Shown here: one piece after another, positions 15,148 through 23,413 of the stretch
Layout: each line of letters starts with the position of its first letter
How positions within the stretch are numbered: position 1 is the stretch's first letter
IMG/VR virus record: IMGVR_UViG_3300042923_000692
Location: 1 to 26,708 of that record
Source of the DNA: a virus
Taxonomy: Duplodnaviria; Heunggongvirae; Uroviricota; Caudoviricetes
DNA length: 26,708 bases
Strand: one strand, 5' to 3'
Position numbers and translations under genes: made by a program
Notes under the pieces: model-generated
Seen by the model: the letters and a program-made list of their open reading frames with translations, nothing else
Databases searched by the model: none
What the model was told of the DNA's origin: nothing

Positions 15148-15644
15148 GAGTTCAGATACGCATTCATCTCGACGATGTCCTCTTCACTCCGCTTAGGGAG
15201 CATTTTCTTGAGCTGTTCGAGCGACTTACCCGGCCACACAAACAACACCATCATCTCCGCCTGAGACCAACGACGCTTCGATGTCTCGTCGAGATATGCA
15301 TCCATGCGACGCATGAAAGACGCATCGTCCTTCTTCTCGAGAGTTGTGCACATCCGAGACATGAAGTCCTGGAATGACATATCTCGGACATCCTTCGAAG
15401 GCGCGGGACTCGCCACCTTCTCCAGATCGCGCTCCTTGTAGATGCGACGGAAGAAGTAGTTATCGTCGATCATGATGAACGGTGCTGTCGGATTGCTGGT
15501 GATCACGAAGTCCGTCCGAGCGGCTTCCCAGCCCACACAGGCACCGATCTGTCGCTTCATATATAGTTCGCTGACGTCAATCGTCTCTGCGATGGCTGCC
15601 CAGTTCTTCTCGGTAATGGGCAGCCACATCCGTACTTCATTCAT
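15144..15644 (-). CDS. Hypothetical protein; C-terminal Myb/SANT-like W-S-x-x-E...R-S pattern
   Basis: RRWSQAEMMVL...LKKMLPKRSEEDI; RBS AGGAG. Confidence 0.62.
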   Translation of the reverse strand: MNEVRMWLPITEKNWAAIAETIDVSELYMKRQIGACVGWEAARTDFVITSNPTAPFIMIDDNYFFRRIYKERDLEKVASPAPSKDVRDMSFQDFMSRMCTTLEKKDDASFMRRMDAYLDETSKRRWSQAEMMVLFVWPGKSLEQLKKMLPKRSEEDIVEMNAYLNS

Positions 15645-15646
15645 AG

Positions 15647-15940
15647 TCACTCCTGGTTCTTCTCGAGTCGGCGCTTCATGTAGTTCTCGACGGTGGTGGG
15701 CTCGACGATGAAGTATTCGCCTCTGTAAGCCTCGATCGTATCGAAATCGAAGTTCTCGTAGAGAGCGTCGTAGGTGAAGATGAGCGGGAAACTCACCCCG
15801 GGAAGCTCGACGAAATAACGCCCATCGAGTCGCTTCAGATCTTCCTCACTCAGATCGGTCAGCGGAACATCGAACTTCTTGCTGATCCGCTCCACCGTGT
15901 GAGGCTTGATGATATATGCGGTGCCCTTCTTGTCAGTCAT
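15647..15940 (-). CDS. Hypothetical protein (97 aa)
   Basis: Overlapping stop/start in operon. Confidence 0.65.
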   Translation of the reverse strand: MTDKKGTAYIIKPHTVERISKKFDVPLTDLSEEDLKRLDGRYFVELPGVSFPLIFTYDALYENFDFDTIEAYRGEYFIVEPTTVENYMKRRLEKNQE

Positions 15941-16265
15941 TCTCGAATCCTTCGGTCTTTAGGTTGGACTTCAGTCCCCGACGGGAATGTTCATGCACGC
16001 TGAGCGAACGAAACAGTAGACGCATGTCTTGAGTGAGGGAATCGTAATCCCATTCAGAGAAGACGAAGTATCCACCATTGACACAGATGACATTTCCGAT
16101 GTTGACATCCACTACCGGAATCTTGATGCCGTCGGAGTCGATCGATGTTTTCACCTTCTCGGTCTTCTGCTTTGTGCGCTCGATACTACGTCCGAATCGA
16201 ATACCGAGGTATCCGGTGGCCAGTGTGATGAGCATCGCCAGCATATAACTGATTCCGTGGTCCAT
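15933..16265 (-). CDS. Membrane-anchored hypothetical protein (110 aa)
   Basis: Start reassigned to ATG 16265 (RBS GGAGGAG); N-terminal TM helix. Confidence 0.68.
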   Translation of the reverse strand: MDHGISYMLAMLITLATGYLGIRFGRSIERTKQKTEKVKTSIDSDGIKIPVVDVNIGNVICVNGGYFVFSEWDYDSLTQDMRLLFRSLSVHEHSRRGLKSNLKTEGFEND

Positions 16266-16267
16266 AC

Positions 16268-16528
16268 TTACTCCTCCATACTCTCTATGAACATGCTCCA
16301 TACCCAGTCTCCGAGCATGATGTTAGCCACAACCGCAATGGCTAGGTATATCAGGTTAGTGGCGATCGTTCCGGCGAACTGCCAGCACCAAGCCCACGTG
16401 CGACGTTCGATCTTTCCCCAGGTCACCTCATCCACCCAGGTGTAAAGGATAAGCGCCAGAATGAAGACGTCGAACAGGAACAGACCGGCGGTGGTGATCA
16501 ACGCCAATATCAGAAGCCCGACCTCCAT
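16268..16528 (-). CDS. Two-TM membrane protein (86 aa)
   Basis: Two long hydrophobic helices; RBS AAGGAGG; TAATG overlap. Confidence 0.7.
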   Translation of the reverse strand: MEVGLLILALITTAGLFLFDVFILALILYTWVDEVTWGKIERRTWAWCWQFAGTIATNLIYLAIAVVANIMLGDWVWSMFIESMEE

Positions 16529-17547
16529 TAATCCTCCTTGTGAGTGTTACGACGGTGGGCCTCGAACTGCAGATTGAACGTCACACGATCCTTGGTGACG
16601 GTTGCGTTTCGCTGAGAGGTGTGGACTCGCCAAAGCCAGTCATCGCCATATCCTTCACCGAAGACATTCTCGAACACGGCGCTATCGACGACGCTGCGCA
16701 GCAGGTGCTCACGTGCATCCTCGAGCTCTTCCAGCATGTACTCGACAAGGAGCTCGCGATCGTTCAACGCCTTCTTGAGATGACGGCGTACGGTCGACTC
16801 ACTGACCCCTAGCGTCTTCCCGATGGATACGTTGCTCTCACCCTTGCGCTTCAGCTGACGCATCCGCAGGACCAGAGATGAAACGCTGCTGGTAACCACC
16901 ACAGGCTCAGGAAGAGTGTTCGTCTGCACCGTGGTGATGGTACGACGACTCGGCCGGCCCTTGGTGGTTACCTCGTTGGATCCCAGCATGTAGATGTTGG
17001 CACGATTCTCATAGACCTGCGGGAAGGTCCAGTCGTTCGGAGCGAGTACCCTCACCGTAGTCGATCCAACCTTGATGTAGAACTTCTTGTATCCTCGCTC
17101 AGCAAGAAGCTCGACCGCCTGGATGAGAGTCGACACGGACACCCCCAGAACCGGGAGAATTGCCGGACCCACATTCAGCAGAGAGTGCTTCTTCAGTTCG
17201 GTCTCGAGGCGATCAGCGACGATTTCGTACTTGTGCATGGTGTCCCTTCGAATCGTATGGGTCTTTCCCGTCGTGCTCTTCAACATCTTGATTCCGACGG
17301 TGCGATCCTCGAGCAGGGCACGAACCGTCGACTCGGTCTTACCCATGACCTTTGCGATCTCTTTGTTGGAATATGCCTGCACCTTGAGGCTCTTCGCTCG
17401 ACGGACGTCCTTCTTGCGCTGCGCCGCCTTGGCGATGGCGGTCTGAGCTCGTTCTTCGGAAATGGTCATTTCTTCTCCTTTGGGATGTTGGTGGTCGTAA
17501 ACGTCCATGTCTTTCACCGCACGTTTACACGTGTCGCAGTAGAACAT
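16528..17547 (-). CDS. Multi-HTH DNA-binding protein, paralogous to the RNA polymerase N-terminus
   Basis: YSNKEIAKVMGKTESTVRALL and ESNVSIGKTLGVSESTVRRHL HTHs; GYKKFY...VLAP...TFPQV segment matches RNAP; alternative start ATG 17469. Confidence 0.8.
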   Translation of the reverse strand: MFYCDTCKRAVKDMDVYDHQHPKGEEMTISEERAQTAIAKAAQRKKDVRRAKSLKVQAYSNKEIAKVMGKTESTVRALLEDRTVGIKMLKSTTGKTHTIRRDTMHKYEIVADRLETELKKHSLLNVGPAILPVLGVSVSTLIQAVELLAERGYKKFYIKVGSTTVRVLAPNDWTFPQVYENRANIYMLGSNEVTTKGRPSRRTITTVQTNTLPEPVVVTSSVSSLVLRMRQLKRKGESNVSIGKTLGVSESTVRRHLKKALNDRELLVEYMLEELEDAREHLLRSVVDSAVFENVFGEGYGDDWLWRVHTSQRNATVTKDRVTFNLQFEAHRRNTHKED

Positions 17548-17765
17548 CAGCTCTTGAGTCGAAACGGGTGATCCTGATGCAGATCCAGATGGACCATGAA
17601 CGCGCCACCATCAACATCCTTGGCGAATGCCTTGACCTTGAGGATTTTATCGGTGCTGGTCTTGAGCACGTCGACCACCTCGTATTCGAAGCCGGCGAAG
17701 TCGAAGATATCACCGCGCTGGAGATTCTCGGCGGTTATGTAGTGAGTTTCGGTTTCCGTGGTCAT
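17547..17765 (-). CDS. Small beta-rich (KOW/SH3-like) hypothetical protein
   Basis: ITAENLQRGDIFDFAGFEYEVVDV; TGATG/TAATG overlaps. Confidence 0.62.
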   Translation of the reverse strand: MTTETETHYITAENLQRGDIFDFAGFEYEVVDVLKTSTDKILKVKAFAKDVDGGAFMVHLDLHQDHPFRLKS

Positions 17766-18013
17766 TACATTCTCCTAAGTTCGTGAATAAGGCGCTCTGC
17801 ATAAATCGCTTGGCTCATGCACAGTATGGCGATTGGATTTGCCAAATCGTTTCCATCATCGATGGCCGCTTTGGCGAATTGTAGCTCATTGAGATAACCG
17901 AGCTTGAGATCAAACAAACCCTGGATTTGAGCATTAATCGTCGGCTCGAGATTCTGCTTGATCAATTTCCAAGCCAGATCATTCTCGACTTGCGCCTTCG
18001 CGTCAGTCTCCAT
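17765..18013 (-). CDS. Hypothetical protein (82 aa)
   Basis: TGATG overlap with upstream small ORF. Confidence 0.65.
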   Translation of the reverse strand: METDAKAQVENDLAWKLIKQNLEPTINAQIQGLFDLKLGYLNELQFAKAAIDDGNDLANPIAILCMSQAIYAERLIHELRRM

Positions 18014-18156
18014 CACTCAGTCCTAGACGGAATCTTCTCGAGAAGACCGTCCAGCGACTTCAGAAGCGATCGAGTGCCGCCCCTGAGAAATGCCAGACCG
18101 ATGGTGATCGAGATGGCGCCGGAAATGATGTGCTTGGAAAGTTCCTTGTTGTCCAC
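18013..18156 (-). CDS. 47-aa membrane peptide (not in track)
   Basis: GTG start after AAGGGA: MDNKELSKHIISGAISITIGLAFLRGGTRSLLKSLDGLLEKIPSRTE. Confidence 0.6.
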   Translation of the reverse strand: MDNKELSKHIISGAISITIGLAFLRGGTRSLLKSLDGLLEKIPSRTE

Positions 18157-18160
18157 TGTT

Positions 18161-18643
18161 CTATCCCTTGTTGAAAGTGATTGATTTGGTCATCTGGCTG
18201 AAAAAGTTGGCCAGCTTGAGAGTGACGTCGATGTTGCCATCTATGTCTCGAATGTTGTCGATTCGGTACGACGTGCCGTCCATTACGACAACGTCGCCGA
18301 TCTTACCCAGAGGAGAGTTCGGCGGCTCCGTTTCGACTTTCGCCTCACCCTTAGGTCGATATGGGCAGGAGTCCCAGTGACCGTCGTACTGCTCCTCGAG
18401 CCAATCGCCGTAAGGACCGTTACAACTTTCGCAGAACTGCACACCACTCCACACCTTCGCCTCGAAGGTCGGAACGTGCTTCATGAATTCGACGACGAGG
18501 TGCTCGGGAATAACCACGCTGAGCGTCTTGTCGAGCGATGGTGAATAGATCTTCACCTCAAGATGGAGGTCTTCCGAATTCGATGGGCGGTTGTCATGTA
18601 CGACTCCGTTGAAGAACTCGGTTACTGCCTTCCAATCAACCAT
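18161..18643 (-). CDS. Hypothetical protein with CxxC...H...C motif
   Basis: FCESCNG...YDGHWDSCPY; RBS AAGGAG. Confidence 0.68.
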   Translation of the reverse strand: MVDWKAVTEFFNGVVHDNRPSNSEDLHLEVKIYSPSLDKTLSVVIPEHLVVEFMKHVPTFEAKVWSGVQFCESCNGPYGDWLEEQYDGHWDSCPYRPKGEAKVETEPPNSPLGKIGDVVVMDGTSYRIDNIRDIDGNIDVTLKLANFFSQMTKSITFNKG

Positions 18644-18910
18644 TTACTGCTCCTTAATAGCGTCGTTGTACAGCTCCTCGGCCCGCTCCTTCAGACGCGC
18701 CTTGATCGCGTCCAGATGATACTGACCGTCACAGTTATTCCGAGCACCCTCCTCGAAGAAGAACCACAGGCGGGTAAAGTTGCTACCCTCCAGGCGAGAG
18801 ACGGCCAGGTATTCCGCGGCAGACTCAAAGGCCTTCTGGTTGTCCTTTGCTGCGACCAGCCGACCCATGGTCTGCATGCGGTCCAGATCAGAGTTGGTGA
18901 TGGTGGGCAT
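18644..18910 (-). CDS. Hypothetical protein (88 aa)
   Basis: Start reassigned to ATG 18910 (RBS AAGGAG). Confidence 0.68.
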   Translation of the reverse strand: MPTITNSDLDRMQTMGRLVAAKDNQKAFESAAEYLAVSRLEGSNFTRLWFFFEEGARNNCDGQYHLDAIKARLKERAEELYNDAIKEQ

Positions 18911-18912
18911 GA

Positions 18913-19161
18913 TTATCTCCTTGCTTGGATCGGGATGCTGGCGTACCAGAACCAATCGGGGTCGCCATGAATATTGAGATTCCCACCGTTCTTGAAACGA
19001 TTGAGAAAGTTTCGCTGGTTCCGAGGATTTCTCTGCTTGACAAACATCCGTCGGTAGTTACCTCGAGTGATTCGAATATCGGCCCCACATCCATCACATG
19101 CGAAGTACAGCGTCCGATTGGTGTTCTTGTCTTTGACGTTCCTGAGCATGTGATGATGCAT
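18913..19161 (-). CDS. Hypothetical protein with CDGC
   Basis: RBS AAGGAGG. Confidence 0.6.
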   Translation of the reverse strand: MHHHMLRNVKDKNTNRTLYFACDGCGADIRITRGNYRRMFVKQRNPRNQRNFLNRFKNGGNLNIHGDPDWFWYASIPIQARR

Positions 19162-19170
19162 GATTCCTCC

Positions 19171-19560
19171 TTAAAGCATTTCGACCCGACTGAGATAAAG
19201 TTTGGATCCGGACCTGTTAAGATCGTCTCGATATCGCCAGGGCTGCTCTACGACAGTAACTCGAGCCCTTTGATTGTCGAATGTCTGGCGTCGATAGAAG
19301 TTGTCGAGACCAGATGCCTTGTTGATGACAGTGATCCCGAGATATAGCACGTAGTCTTCCTCGACGCGCCCACCAAGAAAGGATTCATCCTTGACCTTCG
19401 CTCCGACTTTCCAACCGTTATCGAGCATCGAGACCGCCTGCGCGTTGGTTAGACCGATGACGAGTGTGTAATCGTTGGTGAATCGAGGGTTTCCAGGACC
19501 CATATATAGAAGCTCAACGTTTTCGAGCGTGTGAGTTTCCTCTCGACCGAGTTCAAACAT
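19171..19560 (-). CDS. Putative divergent ssDNA-binding protein
   Basis: MLDNGWKV and QPWRY...SGSKLYL resemble recalled motifs of 1706-like SSB-type proteins; lacks an acidic tail. Confidence 0.4.
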   Translation of the reverse strand: MFELGREETHTLENVELLYMGPGNPRFTNDYTLVIGLTNAQAVSMLDNGWKVGAKVKDESFLGGRVEEDYVLYLGITVINKASGLDNFYRRQTFDNQRARVTVVEQPWRYRDDLNRSGSKLYLSRVEML

Positions 19561-19563
19561 CGG

Positions 19564-19770
19564 TTATCCTTTCATAGCTCCCAGGGGAAGCAGACCTTGC
19601 AGGAGTGCTTCCGGGGACGTTCGAGTATTGAATGTGAGTTGCTCGAGAGAATATGCGATGTTCATCCCGAGTTGTAGGGCTTCTGGCTCATCAGGCAGCC
19701 AACCCCAGGTCTCACAGAGGTGGGCCGCAATGATCGCAGCCCACCTCTGTCGTTCGTCGTGATCGATCAT
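19564..19770 (-). CDS. Hypothetical protein (68 aa)
   Basis: ATGA overlap. Confidence 0.62.
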   Translation of the reverse strand: MIDHDERQRWAAIIAAHLCETWGWLPDEPEALQLGMNIAYSLEQLTFNTRTSPEALLQGLLPLGAMKG

Positions 19771-20147
19771 GACTTCTTGCGTGACTCCGCGTGATCCAGA
19801 ACCATCTCGAAGACCTCATCGAACTGCGCGATAAGCTTCGCGTTCGTGTCTTTCTTCGACTCGAGCTCGTATCGACCCATCCGAACTGTACTCAGCCTGG
19901 CTCGCTTAGCAAGCTCTTTGTCGATTCGAACCATCAAGCTCAGCGGTTCGGCGATGATGTGCCGATGATGCTCTGCTCGATACCGAACTGTGCCTGCTAG
20001 ACTTTCTCGCTTATCCTTCAAATCCTCATCGCTGTACGCTTGGAACTCGTGACGAGAGATGAGCTGCAGCTTCTGTACCAGCAGACACAGACCATAACCG
20101 CTGACCAGACAGAACACCATCAGAATAATGGCGGCGTTGATGTCCAT
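19767..20147 (-). CDS. Membrane-anchored hypothetical protein
   Basis: N-terminal TM helix; RBS AAGGAG. Confidence 0.68.
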   Translation of the reverse strand: MDINAAIILMVFCLVSGYGLCLLVQKLQLISRHEFQAYSDEDLKDKRESLAGTVRYRAEHHRHIIAEPLSLMVRIDKELAKRARLSTVRMGRYELESKKDTNAKLIAQFDEVFEMVLDHAESRKKS

Positions 20148-20156
20148 CACTTCTCC

Positions 20157-20399
20157 TTATAGGTTGTCTCGTTCTTTCTTGAGTCGAGTCAGCGATTTCT
20201 CGAGGAACTCGATCTGTTTGTTGAGGTCGTTCAGTTTCTCACGCTCTTCGAGATCGATCCCATCCAGCGCGCCGGCCTTGCGAACATCGTCCAGCGAGCA
20301 GCCGATCAGCATCGCGATCTTGAACGCTTCGAGATTTGTCTCATCCAGAGCTTCCAGGATGAGTTTCTCTTTGATGGTTATTTCTCGTGCGTCGGTCAC
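20157..20399 (-). CDS. HTH + coiled-coil small protein (80 aa)
   Basis: LEAFKIAMLIGCSLDDVRKA followed by heptad-like repeat; GTGA-type overlap. Confidence 0.6.
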   Translation of the reverse strand: MTDAREITIKEKLILEALDETNLEAFKIAMLIGCSLDDVRKAGALDGIDLEEREKLNDLNKQIEFLEKSLTRLKKERDNL

Positions 20400-21736
20400 T
20401 TCGTCTCCTTAATGAGCTTCTCGATCTCCTTAGATGCAGCCACCGGGTTCTCCATGTGGCGCTTCATGATTTCCGCGATCATCGCCGTGCTGATCCCACG
20501 ATCGACGAACGCGTTCTGACCGATGCGTCCGATCTTGTACGTGTCGCCATAAAAATGAACGAACATGTCCTGAACCGTCTCGAGCGTCGGATATCCGAGC
20601 TCCTCCACGAGATCCATTCGCCCAGCCCGAGTGAGAGCGGGATCCAGGATATCGAACCGATTGGTGGTCATCACCGTGATGAGACCATGAGGAGTTGCCA
20701 CACCATCCAGTGTGTTGAGCAGCGAACCCATGCTGATCTGACCCTGCTCCGATGCGTCACGATCGTGAGTGATCTTGATCGTGTCGATATCCTCGAGAAG
20801 CAGCATGCTACGAGGACCCACATCCGCCAGCAGACCCAGAAGCGAATGCTCCGACTTCAGGTCTGACAGCGAGATATACCACAGGTCCAGGTTGAACTGG
20901 TTCGCGAGCGCCTTGACCAGCGACGTCTTACCGGTTCCGGGAGGACCGTAGAACATGTACCCACGGTGCCACGGGATTGCCAGACGGTTATACTGCTCCT
21001 CGGAATCCAGGAAGTTGCTCAGGTCACTCACCACACGATTCTTCTGATCCTTAGGCAGACTCACCGAATCCATGGTGCGAGGAGGCAGATCGCTGCGGGT
21101 ACTCCACGATCCCCACTGGTTCATCATCTTGAGAACAGCCTTGCGTGTGGTGGCACGCTGCTGGTTGAGCTTCTCGAGCTGACGAATAACCGCCTGCTGA
21201 CCCTCATACGAATAAGTGTCGAAGATGATCTCGGAGTTCGCCTCACTGAACATCATCGACACCTGCTTCTCCCGATCAGCGTTCTCGGGAGTGATCAGCG
21301 TGATGGTGACCTTGTGACCCTCGACCATGATTGAGCGCGAGGACTTGTCATTGAATCGAACCTGGATGGGATCGATCTTGTCACCAGGCCCCTTCTCCTC
21401 CGTGGCTGACGACTCGTAGGGCCGGCGATTGATTCGACGTGCGGTCGCGACCTCGAGCGACTTGTGCTTCTCGTGGGGCAGCACATCCATGAGCCAGGCA
21501 TGGACGTCCGAATACAGCGCATCCTTCTCGCACACCTTGACCGAGTAGTTGAACCTTCGACGGTAGAAGCCACGACCCATGTTGTAGAGCTTCAGGGTCT
21601 CATTTCCGAGAGCGACACCGGTTTCGATCATCTGGAGCACGTTGGCTCCCTTGTCGATCTTCTTGTTGATTCGCTTTTTGGGACGACGGACGAACGGCTC
21701 GGGGGCGACTGTGTTCTGGAAGAAGAGATCGATCAC
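20396..21736 (-). CDS. BCS1-like AAA+ ATPase
   Basis: IPWHRGYMFYGPPGTGKTS (Walker A), LLLEDID (Walker B), LLNTLDG, MTTNRFDILDPALTRAGRMD (SRH); start reassigned to GTG 21736 (RBS AAAGGA, GTGA overlap). Confidence 0.85.
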   Translation of the reverse strand: MIDLFFQNTVAPEPFVRRPKKRINKKIDKGANVLQMIETGVALGNETLKLYNMGRGFYRRRFNYSVKVCEKDALYSDVHAWLMDVLPHEKHKSLEVATARRINRRPYESSATEEKGPGDKIDPIQVRFNDKSSRSIMVEGHKVTITLITPENADREKQVSMMFSEANSEIIFDTYSYEGQQAVIRQLEKLNQQRATTRKAVLKMMNQWGSWSTRSDLPPRTMDSVSLPKDQKNRVVSDLSNFLDSEEQYNRLAIPWHRGYMFYGPPGTGKTSLVKALANQFNLDLWYISLSDLKSEHSLLGLLADVGPRSMLLLEDIDTIKITHDRDASEQGQISMGSLLNTLDGVATPHGLITVMTTNRFDILDPALTRAGRMDLVEELGYPTLETVQDMFVHFYGDTYKIGRIGQNAFVDRGISTAMIAEIMKRHMENPVAASKEIEKLIKETK

Positions 21737-22119
21737 TGAGATTCCTTTTCTTTCTTGTTTCGCTCGTACTCGATGAGGTTGGGGGCTGCGTAGGTTGATC
21801 GGCACGTCATATGTCCGTCTTCGTGGATCCAAACGGTTCCTCTGCCGGCGACGATGGCGGTCTCGACTGGTTCTTTACAGTGGACGCAGAGAATCTTGAG
21901 AGGCTTATCCTCGGTCAGCTTCCACGCCGCCCACGGAGGAATGACAGTCTCGCTGTAGATGATGTTCTGCTTGCTGAGCAATCGAACCATGCTCTTGATG
22001 CGATCATCCGACTCGGTGGGAAGTAGTTCGATCAGCCGATTGGTGGTGACACCGTTCGGGTTATTCTTGAGGTGGTTGAGGATCTCCGCTTTCAATTCTC
22101 GAGGAGACAGGTCGTCCAT
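21733..22119 (-). CDS. Winged-helix-like domain plus CxxC...H...C motif protein
   Basis: ILNHLKNNPNGVTTNRLIELL...VRLLSKQNII; CVHCKEP...WIHEDGHMTC. Confidence 0.65.
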   Translation of the reverse strand: MDDLSPRELKAEILNHLKNNPNGVTTNRLIELLPTESDDRIKSMVRLLSKQNIIYSETVIPPWAAWKLTEDKPLKILCVHCKEPVETAIVAGRGTVWIHEDGHMTCRSTYAAPNLIEYERNKKEKESQ

Positions 22120-22274
22120 CAGAAACTCTTTTCGTTGAGTTCGTCCATGCGGTCGTTGTGTTGTTTGTGTTTCTTGTCCGTCACATATCTCTCGATCGCA
22201 ACGGATGCTGCAGCACCCAATAGGACCAATATCGCGAGGGTGAAGACCCAGGTCAGGGGCTCACTGAAATCCAT
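22119..22274 (-). CDS. 51-aa membrane peptide (not in track)
   Basis: MDFSEPLTWVFTLAILVLLGAAASVAIERYVTDKKHKQHNDRMDELNEKSF; TGATG overlap. Confidence 0.68.
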   Translation of the reverse strand: MDFSEPLTWVFTLAILVLLGAAASVAIERYVTDKKHKQHNDRMDELNEKSF

Positions 22275-22277
22275 CGA

Positions 22278-22559
22278 TTACTCCATTGGGTCGAGGAACA
22301 AATGCCGTTCTGCTTTACCTCCGAATGACTCGATTCGAATATCGATGCTTCGAGTGCCAGCGAACTTCTTGATCTCCATCACCTCGTAGACGACACCATC
22401 GATCCGGACACCATCACCCACGCCGATTGGGAACTCGTCCAGGACGGGCTCCGGAACAATCCCTCGGCAATACCAAAAGGCGCTTCGTCCAGCCTTGTCG
22501 GTGACGTGCCAGGTATGTGCCTTGTGGGTGGTCTTCATCTGACACGGTTCAACGTCCAT
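22278..22559 (-). CDS. C-H-H-C motif plus beta-rich domain protein
   Basis: CQMKTTHKAHTW...WYCRG. Confidence 0.65.
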   Translation of the reverse strand: MDVEPCQMKTTHKAHTWHVTDKAGRSAFWYCRGIVPEPVLDEFPIGVGDGVRIDGVVYEVMEIKKFAGTRSIDIRIESFGGKAERHLFLDPME

Positions 22560-22746
22560 CGAATATTCCTTTCAGTACATAGAATGCAACAAAACAGAGA
22601 ATGAACAAAACTGCCGGCACGAAAGCCGCGAAAGATCCGACGGTCAGATCTCTCTTATTGAAGATGAGTCCGATGATCAGTCCGCCCCCGCTGATGATCA
22701 GCAGGAATATCGCGAACATCAGAGCAATTGGGATTTGAATGATCAT
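22549..22746 (-). CDS. Two-TM small membrane protein (65 aa)
   Basis: RBS GAAAGGA; hydrophobic. Confidence 0.7.
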   Translation of the reverse strand: MIIQIPIALMFAIFLLIISGGGLIIGLIFNKRDLTVGSFAAFVPAVLFILCFVAFYVLKGIFDGR

Positions 22747-22929
22747 GAGGGTCCTTTCAAATTATTGCCTCAGAATAGGTGTTCAGAAGCCACAGGAGGC
22801 GATCTGAGAGGATTTCTTTTTAAAACCTGGAACGGGGATGTCTAGATAAAGAAAACTCGTCTATGAGTCTCTCATCTTTTCTGGGGGAAAAGTCGCAGCA
22901 GAGCACTTTTGCCACTCCAGTAACATAAC

Positions 22930-22947
22930 TACCCATAAAAGTGACCA
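22930..22947 (+). repeat. Isolated exact copy of the 18-bp iteron-like motif
   Basis: TACCCATAAAAGTGACCA, identical to 5769-5786 and 5973-5990. Confidence 0.8.
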
Positions 22948-22980
22948 GAAAAAGAAAGGCCCGCGTGTTAGGCGAGCTTT
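22948..22980 (-). terminator. Cassette-type terminator
   Basis: AAAGCTCGC-CTAACAC-GCGGGCCTTT-CTTTTT; same family as 7803, 8040 and 8433. Confidence 0.72.
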
Positions 22981-22990
22981 TCTTTACATC

Positions 22991-23230
22991 TCAGATGAGA
23001 TCGTAGGGATCGAGTCGGGTGAGCGCTTCGACTTCGGTGGCCATCTGCATGCCGTCGATGAGCGGTTCGAACATAGAGATCATCTGGTCAACAGTCTGCT
23101 CCAACTGTTCCCTCTTGACGAGGTGCGAGTTGTGCTGAATGTACTTCCAGTTCTCCATGTTTGCCTTCGCCATGGCGAGGGAATGCATGAGGTCCTTGAT
23201 GTCGTCTTTGCTCATGTCGTCAAATGCCAT
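22991..23230 (-). CDS. Hypothetical cassette protein (79 aa, helical)
   Basis: RBS GAAAGGA; own promoter and terminator. Confidence 0.75.
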   Translation of the reverse strand: MAFDDMSKDDIKDLMHSLAMAKANMENWKYIQHNSHLVKREQLEQTVDQMISMFEPLIDGMQMATEVEALTRLDPYDLI

Positions 23231-23247
23231 GAGAAATCCTTTCAGAG

Positions 23248-23279
23248 GGGTGTCATTATAGGCCCTGTGATTCTCGCGA
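23248..23279 (-). promoter_or_regulatory. Conserved phage promoter (class A)
   Basis: TCGC-GAGAATCACAGGGCC-TATAAT-GACACCC. Confidence 0.8.
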
Positions 23280-23280
23280 A

Positions 23281-23413
23281 AGACAAAAACTAAAATCGGG
23301 GATCAGTCCTCTCACGAGGGTGATCCATGAACTCGTACGGAGCACTCCGGCTTCCTTACCGGAGCGGAGGCTCCACCTGAGTGGAGAGTTCCTCCAGATG
23401 GTTCGTACGTTAT
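23281..23413 (-). ncRNA. Putative structured small RNA (~130 nt)
   Basis: Own promoter, no RBS-led ORF, three hairpins (one with a GTGA GNRA loop) enclosed by CGTACG copies, ends in a U-rich tract. Confidence 0.5.

Noticed and set aside
22948-22980. GCCTAAC/GTTAGGC in cassette hairpins as integron attC sites
   Set aside because: The heptamer lies in a terminator loop, has no paired distal core site, the hairpins are far shorter than attC, and there is no tyrosine integrase in the window
23343-23380. TCAGG...CCGGTAAGGAAG resembling SRP RNA helix 8
   Set aside because: The spacing and the internal-loop/GNRA arrangement do not match the SRP consensus; kept only as an unclassified ncRNA candidate
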